In this document: positions 57,053 to 64,000 of the stretch, piece after piece
How the letters are laid out: each line of letters opens with the position of its first letter
Numbering within the stretch: the stretch's first letter is position 1
From: Candidatus Heimdallarchaeota archaeon
GTDB taxonomy: Archaea; Asgardarchaeota; Heimdallarchaeia; Hodarchaeales; Hodarchaeaceae
DNA: 64,000 bases
Assembly (NCBI GenBank): GCA_020353515.1
Contig: CP070695.1
Coordinates: 4,394,823-4,458,822, forward strand
Reading direction: 5' to 3'
The notes under the pieces: generated by a model
The model's input: the letters and a program-made list of their open reading frames with translations, nothing else
Told to the model about the DNA's origin: nothing
The model's database searches: none
Position numbers and translations under genes: made by a program

Positions 57053-59830
57053 TTATTGCCACGAATTTATTCGGGCTGCTTTTTCAATAAATCCTGCAGA
57101 TAAACTCTTCATACGAGCTTGTAAAAGAATTTGCCGTCCTTCTAAGGTTCGCGTGTAAATAAGCTCCATTTTACCAACATATTTAGCCCAATTTCTACCG
57201 AATTCTTGAGAATACTCTTTATTTGTTGCCAAGATTGTGGGAAGACCCAGATAATCCTGTCGTTTGAAAATTTTTCCCCAAATAGATCTACGTTTCAAGA
57301 GATAGCGGGGATTTTCAATTGGACTCAGAAGCTCCTCAAGGGCATCAAGGAAGATCGATTCCTCTCTTTTAGTGCAATTATGGATGTAGCATCTAACTGC
57401 ACCTAAGTATATTTCATCTTTTTCGGTTTTTATAGTGATTTTCTTAAAGGGTGTTTTAATTTTCCTAATATTACAGAGAGATATCAGCAAAGCATTCGCA
57501 ACCTGATTCATACTACCTTTCAAAGGACCATGTCTCAAAAAGAGCCACATAGCTTTGAGAAAATATGGTAGGAAGATTAAAAATCCAACAAGAATGCCAA
57601 TAAGAACGAGGAGTAAAAGAAAATCCAGCTCACCTTGGAAACGTACCCTGCTTAATCCTCGAATGTAGAGGGTGAGAAAAAATAGCGAACTCATGATTCC
57701 TTGCCAAACAATAGCAGCAATAGTATTTGTAAAGACATAAAAACGGGGTAAACTTGCTGGACTGGATCTAACCCCATGTACAAGTTTATAACCTTTATAA
57801 GATCGCAGGGCTTTCTCCCAGTCATCTACCATCGATTCTCGGTCAACTGCCATTGTCTTGGTCAATTGGTTATAATTTTTTATTTCCTTAGTAGTTATAG
57901 GGGGTTTTTTAATATTCAATCGCTCAAGTCCATTCGAAATAATAGGCTTATCAAAAGCTACTCCGAGAAAACCATTGAAACGTCGCTGTAGAATATGAAA
58001 ATCTCCTCCAATGGCTTTTCGATCAGGAAGAAACCCAATTCTTGCTTTAAATGAAGGTAAATCTAAACACACTAGATGCCAGATATTAGCGGTCTTATTG
58101 GGGGTTGTGGGGTCGATTCTTATGGCTCTACCTCGCATTTGGTTACTCAGCATAAAAGAACCCACAAAAGAAGCTAATATAAGAGAGTTGATCGAAGGAG
58201 CATCCCAACCTTCTCCTAAAAGTGAGGTTGTCCCCACTAAGACATTTAATCCCCCTTCAGTGAATAGTCGGGTAATCAGTTCAACACGCTTCCTTTTATC
58301 AGCACCTTTAAACCTTATATGAAGATAGAATGGATCATGTTTACATTCTGTAATCGTTATTCGATCCAAGGGGATTTCTTCATCCTCTATGATCTGGTTA
58401 AATAGAAATTCGCTTACTCTGGGAATGATTATTATCGACCCAGTCAACACTCCCAATTTTGGTTGAGTTCTTGTCAAATCCGAATTCAAGTAACGACGAA
58501 TTTCTTCAAAAATGGGAATTACTCCTATTTTATTGATCGCAACCGCATCCTCGGGACTCTTTGGTAAGTATTCTTTTCGAATAAAATCTGTCAAAATGAC
58601 CTGTCGTAACGACTCTCCAAGATGGGATGACTCTAAATCCACAATCTCAACTATACACTTTAGCTTAGATAAGCTTTGTTTTAAAATGCGTTCTATTTCT
58701 TCTACACCCTCCAAGTCTACTTTTCTTCTCTCAATCGCCCCCAAGGTTTTTAGTTGATCGTGGATCTGGGATAGGAAAGGGGGAAGATCTTCTAATGAAG
58801 GAAAGGAATTATACAACAAGCCTGTGAATAAAATCTCCAACCATACTAACGAGATTCTGGGTAAATCTTCTGATTCAGAATTTACAATTTTCAGAGTATT
58901 CTTGGGAATTGTCACCTCGATGCTATTAAGATACACAAGCATACTGGAGAAGAAAGCTGGTTCTTCTAAAATGGCCTCTATGTGAGTAGATGGATTAGTA
59001 ATCCATGGATGGAAGTATAAATAATCTCTGAGGGAACCATCGTGATTAATTTCGCTAATAAGATTCCAGATCTTTTTTCTAAAGCGCAAGATTTCTGTTG
59101 ATTCATCATCGGTTGGTGTGGAAAAAAGCACATAATCCTGGTGATAACATAGATTTCTTGCTTTTACAAGCTCAGGAACACTGACTTCAGTATCAGCTGG
59201 ACCACATAACTGGGTATAACGTTCCCATTCTGCTGGTAAAACATCATACGGAGGTGTTGCAGTCAAAGAAACAATGGTACTAGGAGATAAATGCTGAATC
59301 ACTTCCTGTAAGGTCACCCACCAGTTCCTTCGCAGATGATGGGCTTCATCAACAACGATAGTCCTCACATTTTGGCTTTTTAAGAGATCAATTACGTCAA
59401 AATTCCGAGTCGATCGTTTACGGGGTTTTTTTACTTCATCCCCTAGTACTTCATGATCCTCTTTGAGATACATGGCACTATAGAGCCCTTGATACGTGGA
59501 AACGGTTAAAAATCGTGGATCTTTAATGTTATCAGAAATCCAAGATGGTTTCTGTTTATCAGGAATAAAATGAGTTACAAATCGGTCGACCCATTGATTC
59601 TTTATAGCAATTGTAGGTGCAAAAATAATAGTAGGTTTGTTGAGTCGTAAAATGACTTCTAAACCTATTATTGTCTTACCTGATCCAGGTGCTGCCACGA
59701 TATGAAGACGAGAATCATCTAAATACCTTTCTAATTCCAATAAAATTCGTTCTTGATAAGGACGCCATGGATATTGGAATCTCAGATTCGAAGGAAATTG
59801 AGCCATAAAGTCTCCATTCATAGTATTCAC
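57053..59830 (-). CDS. SF2 (ResIII/DEAH-type) helicase with two internal TM helices near the C-terminus
   Basis: WRPYQ, APGSGKT, DEAHH, LTATP, LGEGWDAP, QMRGRAIR; hydrophobic pair IAAIVWQGIM..FFLTLYI and FLLLLVLIGILVGFLIFLPYF. Confidence 0.88.
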   Translation of the reverse strand: MNTMNGDFMAQFPSNLRFQYPWRPYQERILLELERYLDDSRLHIVAAPGSGKTIIGLEVILRLNKPTIIFAPTIAIKNQWVDRFVTHFIPDKQKPSWISDNIKDPRFLTVSTYQGLYSAMYLKEDHEVLGDEVKKPRKRSTRNFDVIDLLKSQNVRTIVVDEAHHLRRNWWVTLQEVIQHLSPSTIVSLTATPPYDVLPAEWERYTQLCGPADTEVSVPELVKARNLCYHQDYVLFSTPTDDESTEILRFRKKIWNLISEINHDGSLRDYLYFHPWITNPSTHIEAILEEPAFFSSMLVYLNSIEVTIPKNTLKIVNSESEDLPRISLVWLEILFTGLLYNSFPSLEDLPPFLSQIHDQLKTLGAIERRKVDLEGVEEIERILKQSLSKLKCIVEIVDLESSHLGESLRQVILTDFIRKEYLPKSPEDAVAINKIGVIPIFEEIRRYLNSDLTRTQPKLGVLTGSIIIIPRVSEFLFNQIIEDEEIPLDRITITECKHDPFYLHIRFKGADKRKRVELITRLFTEGGLNVLVGTTSLLGEGWDAPSINSLILASFVGSFMLSNQMRGRAIRIDPTTPNKTANIWHLVCLDLPSFKARIGFLPDRKAIGGDFHILQRRFNGFLGVAFDKPIISNGLERLNIKKPPITTKEIKNYNQLTKTMAVDRESMVDDWEKALRSYKGYKLVHGVRSSPASLPRFYVFTNTIAAIVWQGIMSSLFFLTLYIRGLSRVRFQGELDFLLLLVLIGILVGFLIFLPYFLKAMWLFLRHGPLKGSMNQVANALLISLCNIRKIKTPFKKITIKTEKDEIYLGAVRCYIHNCTKREESIFLDALEELLSPIENPRYLLKRRSIWGKIFKRQDYLGLPTILATNKEYSQEFGRNWAKYVGKMELIYTRTLEGRQILLQARMKSLSAGFIEKAARINSWQ

Positions 59831-59949
59831 TGTAATTTCTCCTCCTCTTTATATATTTAAGCGTTGGAAAAAAACGGTCAGCGGTCTAGAGCTTCTTGAA
59901 ATAATAATTCAAAAATCATTTGAAAAGATGGATTTTGAATTTCTATAGC

Positions 59950-59980
59950 TCATCCTTAGGAAGGAAACAGTGTTTATATT
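59950..59980 (+). repeat. 31-bp direct repeat, copy 2
   Basis: TCATCCTTAGGAAGGAAACAGTGTTTATATT. Confidence 0.85.
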
Positions 59981-60265
59981 TTGAGTAATTTTACTTTACC
60001 TTATATAGATGTGATTTGCATCTTAATCTCTGGAAGGATAATTAAACTAATAGAAGGTTCTTTAGTATATGCATATGAGAACTAGAGGATACAAAATCAA
60101 TGGATGACCAAGATTTAAAAATTGGTTGTGAACTTGAATCAACCTTCTGGATAATAAAAATCAAGAAAATAGCAGGATATCTTTAACCACAGGATTAACT
60201 CTATAAATTCAATGACTGAATTTACTAAAAAGGCTTCATGAATTTATATCTGGATTTGTAGGACA

Positions 60266-61000
60266 TTGGTAACTTTAACAGATATACTACACCCAACTCG
60301 ATTGAAAATACTGGAGATATTGGGAGAGGGATCTCAGGCTCTTGCTACCATTGCACGAGGTCTTGACCTGTCTAAGCCTGAAATATCACGCCACTTAACA
60401 AGGATGCGGGAACTAAACTTAGTTGAAAAAAAGGATAAAGTTCATCAGTTGACAAATTTAGGTGAAGTTATCCTAAATTTAACCTCACCGATTGAATTTG
60501 TAATTCATAATTATGATTATTTTATGAATCACAAGATCGATCTACCGACTTCTCTCATTCGAGATATTGATTCTCTGATGAATAGTGAGCTGATGTCTGG
60601 AACTGGGTACTTAATGTCTAAAATGGATGAATTTCGTTCAAATATTACCAATGAAGTTAAAATGATGATCGATCAGCCTTTTCCTGGGACTAGTGTCTAT
60701 ATTGAGAAAGCCTTGCTAATTGTTCCTTCGTATGCTAAGTCAGAAAACCTTAATCTAGAAATATTACAAGAATATTGTAAATATTTTGAAATTCGTACAC
60801 TTCCAATCGTTAATCTTACCCTAGGAATTCTTGACCGAAAATATGGTTTCCTATTATTCCCTGATAGAATAATTGGAAAAATTGATTACAATCATGCTTT
60901 TACTGTTGGGGATGAAATGGGATTGGACTTTCTATCAAGAATATGGGATTATTTTTGGGAAAAGGCCAAACTAAGAGTGAAGTCTTCTGAGCAAGTTTAG
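60266..61000 (+). CDS. ArsR-type HTH regulator with FilR1/DUF1724-like C-terminal domain
   Basis: HPTRLKIL..L......IA..L.LSKPEISRHL..M...LV, LT.LG, YF..H....P, G.IDY, W...W. Confidence 0.75.
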   Translation: MVTLTDILHPTRLKILEILGEGSQALATIARGLDLSKPEISRHLTRMRELNLVEKKDKVHQLTNLGEVILNLTSPIEFVIHNYDYFMNHKIDLPTSLIRDIDSLMNSELMSGTGYLMSKMDEFRSNITNEVKMMIDQPFPGTSVYIEKALLIVPSYAKSENLNLEILQEYCKYFEIRTLPIVNLTLGILDRKYGFLLFPDRIIGKIDYNHAFTVGDEMGLDFLSRIWDYFWEKAKLRVKSSEQV

Positions 61001-61090
61001 CATTTTTAGAAATCATTTCATACTTTGAAAAAAGTGCCAAAACTGTCAAAGAAAGTTTTTAATGATGTACTTTTCTCATATTTCCTGCAT

Positions 61091-61327
61091 ATGTCAGATA
61101 ATCACCATATCGATTTCACTGTAGTCAAATTGCAAGATGAATCTCCATTTAAAATGGAGATAAATGAAACGAGCTTTTCTTTAACTGCTAATCTTGGAAA
61201 ACTTGTACTTGTTTCATTCTCTGAAGAAATTCTTACACTTCAATTTGACAAAGGACATCTACGAATCGATATGACCTTTGAAGACATCTATCGATATTTT
61301 AACTTAAAGGAAATAAAAAAGGAGTAA
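61091..61327 (+). CDS. Small hypothetical protein
   Basis: Likely start MSDNHH; ..NLGKL....F.E.IL.LQF..G.LRID.; followed by the GGAG RBS of the next gene. Confidence 0.55.
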   Translation: MSDNHHIDFTVVKLQDESPFKMEINETSFSLTANLGKLVLVSFSEEILTLQFDKGHLRIDMTFEDIYRYFNLKEIKKE

Positions 61328-61333
61328 TGAATT

Positions 61334-61720
61334 ATGGAAATTAATTGGCATCTTATATTTGTAATAGCGGTCGTGGCTCATGGAATTGGGCACACGCTAG
61401 GGTTAATACACACATTCGGACTAATACATTTGACTGATATACCAACGAATGAATCTTGGTTATTATCCAAGCAACTTAAGTTTGACCAGACACTCATTCA
61501 GATTATTTCTCTTCTGTGGCTTGTCGTTGTGCTGGGGTTTCTTGTCGTAGCGGGAGCTTTCTGGTTTGAGTTAAGTTGGTGGAGAATTCTAGCTGTACCG
61601 ATGATTATCCTCTCGGTAGCATTATTCATAGTATGGTTTAACTCATTTCCTATTAACACACAAATAGGAGCTGCTATAGGAAATATCGTTATCATTATAG
61701 GGCTATTACAGTTCAATTAG
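61334..61720 (+). CDS. Hypothetical 4-TM membrane protein
   Basis: HGIGH motif in TM1; four hydrophobic helices. Confidence 0.7.
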   Translation: MEINWHLIFVIAVVAHGIGHTLGLIHTFGLIHLTDIPTNESWLLSKQLKFDQTLIQIISLLWLVVVLGFLVVAGAFWFELSWWRILAVPMIILSVALFIVWFNSFPINTQIGAAIGNIVIIIGLLQFN

Positions 61721-61750
61721 TATAGAATTCCTAAGATAAGATGATGAAAT

Positions 61751-63271
61751 ATGGTAAAAACAGTAATAATAATTGGTGCTGGGATTGCAGGTCTATCTGT
61801 TGGTTGTTACTTACAAATGAATGGGTTTTCTACACAAATATATGAACAGCATAACATCCCAGGAGGTTGCGCTACTTCATGGAATAGAAAGGGATACCAT
61901 ATTGGAGGAAGTATACATGGGCTTGTTGGATCTTCTCCGAGTTCTCCGATGTATAAAATCTGGAATGAGATTGTCGATATGGAAAAGGTTGAATTTCATA
62001 ACTTTAAAAGTCGGATGCGCCTTCATTATAAGGAAAACGGAGATTTTAAACAAATAGATATTCCGTCTAACATAAATGACCTCCAAGACACCCTACTAAA
62101 CATTTCACCTGAAGATAAAAGTGCTATTGATGAATTTATTAACGCAATTCGCTATTTTCAAAAATCGGATATGTTTTCAAAAACAATAAGCAAACCCCGC
62201 GAGTTCTATAACATCTTAGATGTTGTTAAGATGATCCCCCAGTTACCTACCCTTCGTTTCATGAAAAAGTGGTACAAACTTACGGCTAACCAGTATTCGA
62301 AACATTTTTCTAATCCTATTTTACAAAAAATCGTAAAGAATCTCTCTTCTCCAATATTATTTGAAATTCTTGTCCTTGCTGAGATGGATAGAAGAAATTC
62401 TGGATTTCCAATCGAAGGCGCCCTAGAATTTAGCAAAATGATCGAGAAGACATATTTAGAATTAGGTGGGAAAATATTTTACAACAAAAGAGTGGTGGAA
62501 ATTAATGTATCAACATTTCCTCATTCAAAACAAGATTTTGTTACTGGAATTTCTTTACAGAATGGAGAAACCATTAATGTCGATATTGTTATTTCCGCAA
62601 TGGATGGAAAAACCATCATCTATAAAATGTTGAATGGAAAATATCTGAATAATGATATAAAAGAAACTTATGGAAAAACTAAATTAAATCCGTCAAGGAT
62701 TTTTATCTCTCTTGGATTAACAAAACGAATTACGTCTGGGTCAGGAGTTGACAGGATTTTACTAGAAAAACCACTTTTGCTGCCAGATGGAACTGAAATT
62801 AAGGCAATTGATATTCGAATATTTGATTTCAATAGTTTTGCGCCAGAAGGAAAAACCTTGGTAAATGTAGAATTCTCAACACATGAATATGCCTATTGGG
62901 CTGAATTACGTGAGAAAGATAGAGAAATTTACAAAAAGAAAAAACAAATAATAGTAGATACAGTCATTGAAAACATGGAAAAGGTTTTTGGTGAAATAAT
63001 ACAACATGTTGATATGGTAGATGTTGCCACTCCCGCAACTTTCCATAGATATACTAGTAATTGGAAAGGGTCAATTCAAGGTTGGGATAATGAAAACATT
63101 TTTTCACGGAAATTTATTAAAAAAGAGTTACCAAACCTAAAGAATTTCTACATGACTGGACAATGGGTGCAACCTGGAGGAGGAGTCCCAGCAGTTTTTC
63201 TTAATGGCCGAGATTTAGCGAAAATTATCTGTAAACGGGAAAATCAAGAATTTTCCGTTTTTACCTCCTAA
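61751..63271 (+). CDS. Phytoene-desaturase-like FAD-dependent oxidoreductase
   Basis: IIGAGIAGL, E.H..PGG, W.R.GY, DVATP.TF.RYT.N..GS..GW, GQWV.PGGG. Confidence 0.88.
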   Translation: MVKTVIIIGAGIAGLSVGCYLQMNGFSTQIYEQHNIPGGCATSWNRKGYHIGGSIHGLVGSSPSSPMYKIWNEIVDMEKVEFHNFKSRMRLHYKENGDFKQIDIPSNINDLQDTLLNISPEDKSAIDEFINAIRYFQKSDMFSKTISKPREFYNILDVVKMIPQLPTLRFMKKWYKLTANQYSKHFSNPILQKIVKNLSSPILFEILVLAEMDRRNSGFPIEGALEFSKMIEKTYLELGGKIFYNKRVVEINVSTFPHSKQDFVTGISLQNGETINVDIVISAMDGKTIIYKMLNGKYLNNDIKETYGKTKLNPSRIFISLGLTKRITSGSGVDRILLEKPLLLPDGTEIKAIDIRIFDFNSFAPEGKTLVNVEFSTHEYAYWAELREKDREIYKKKKQIIVDTVIENMEKVFGEIIQHVDMVDVATPATFHRYTSNWKGSIQGWDNENIFSRKFIKKELPNLKNFYMTGQWVQPGGGVPAVFLNGRDLAKIICKRENQEFSVFTS

Positions 63272-63333
63272 TCTTTTGGTTCCTTCCTTTTTTTAGATAA
63301 AATAACAAAGAGAAATGGAACATAAGATCTACT

Positions 63334-63999
63334 TCATAGAATCAGAAAAATGGCTCCAATTACTATGAGTATCATACCAGGTAACCGTTCTTTAATTTCC
63401 TCTTTTAAAATTAATCTAGCTAGGAAGGCAGTTACAAAAACTGATAATAAGGATGCGGGTTCCGCGACTGTTACTTCTAATCCTGCGATAGCAATAAGCA
63501 GCATAACATAAGCCCATCCATTAGCAATACCAGCGAAAATAACAGTCTTGAGATTGTTTTTCAAGGCAAGAAAACCATCAGAATATCGTCTGGTAAAGCA
63601 TGCAATTAGGAAGAAAAATACTCCAGCAAAAAATAGAATGGAGAAAGCATACACTCTTGAATCAATCGTTCTTATAGCATAAGTATCAATTATCCGTCCA
63701 AGTGCTAAGAAGAACGACCCCCCTATCATCAATAGAGATGCCCTTGATGCCTTAATCTTCTGGATTTTTTCAGCAATTTTACCAGGATATAGGAAAAAAA
63801 CCCCAATGAACATTGAAATCCCTCCTAATACTCGAAATACTCCGATATTCTCATCAAGAAAAATGATACTCAATATTAATAACCAGAGTAGAGAGGAATT
63901 ATAGAGAGGAGCAATTAATGAAGCGTCCTCTTCTGATAATGCTTTCACATAAGCAAAAAAGCCAAAAGTGTAAACAATTGAACTGATAAAGGCAAGTTG
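63334..63999 (-). CDS. EamA/DMT-family transporter (partial, runs off window end)
   Basis: ASLIAPL, IFLDE, LILKE.I; the frame stays open upstream of the track start 63948 to the window edge. Confidence 0.85.
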   Translation of the reverse strand, partial: QLAFISSIVYTFGFFAYVKALSEEDASLIAPLYNSSLLWLLILSIIFLDENIGVFRVLGGISMFIGVFFLYPGKIAEKIQKIKASRASLLMIGGSFFLALGRIIDTYAIRTIDSRVYAFSILFFAGVFFFLIACFTRRYSDGFLALKNNLKTVIFAGIANGWAYVMLLIAIAGLEVTVAEPASLLSVFVTAFLARLILKEEIKERLPGMILIVIGAIFLIL

Positions 64000-64000
64000 T

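Noticed and set aside
3029-62436. Numerous short antisense or overlapping ORFs in the track (e.g. 3029, 9107, 13739, 30444, 40876, 58011)
   Set aside because: They are shadows of well-supported genes on the other strand or frame, with no motifs or RBS.
1-64000. CRISPR arrays, tRNA/rRNA, IS elements
   Set aside because: No regularly spaced repeats, cloverleaf or rRNA-like GC-rich blocks, or transposase motifs were found by eye; a covariance-model scan was not possible.

Overview
AT-rich archaeal window. It has TTG/GTG starts, GGAGG/GGTG ribosome-binding sites, a crenarchaeal-type SSB, TPR and RING-type Zn-finger proteins, and many secreted proteins ending in a Ser/Thr linker, TM helix and basic tail. 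Together these suggest an Asgard (Heimdall/Hod-like) archaeon; this is an inference, not a database result. Most of the window is accessory metabolism: secreted proteases (C25, M14, S8), amino-acid catabolism, redox/detox enzymes and small regulators. No rRNA, tRNA, CRISPR array or transposase was seen. Main finding: a compact minus-strand operon (11680->8524) encoding an unannotated 33-aa peptide, a JAB/MPN protease fused to a UBC/RWD-like domain, a ThiF/E1 enzyme lacking the usual catalytic Cys, and two tandem Cys-bearing E2/UBC-like paralogs. It contains no beta-grasp ubiquitin-like protein, so it is a candidate non-canonical peptide/protein-conjugation system. Second finding: a SAM-methyltransferase-HgcA-like corrinoid fusion followed by an HgcB-like ferredoxin, near arsM and a Cys-Cys PadR regulator. 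Also seen: two single-gene cassettes bounded by 20-31 bp direct repeats, a duplicated hairpin+TATA module, and several gene remnants. All calls are from manual motif reading; no searches were run.
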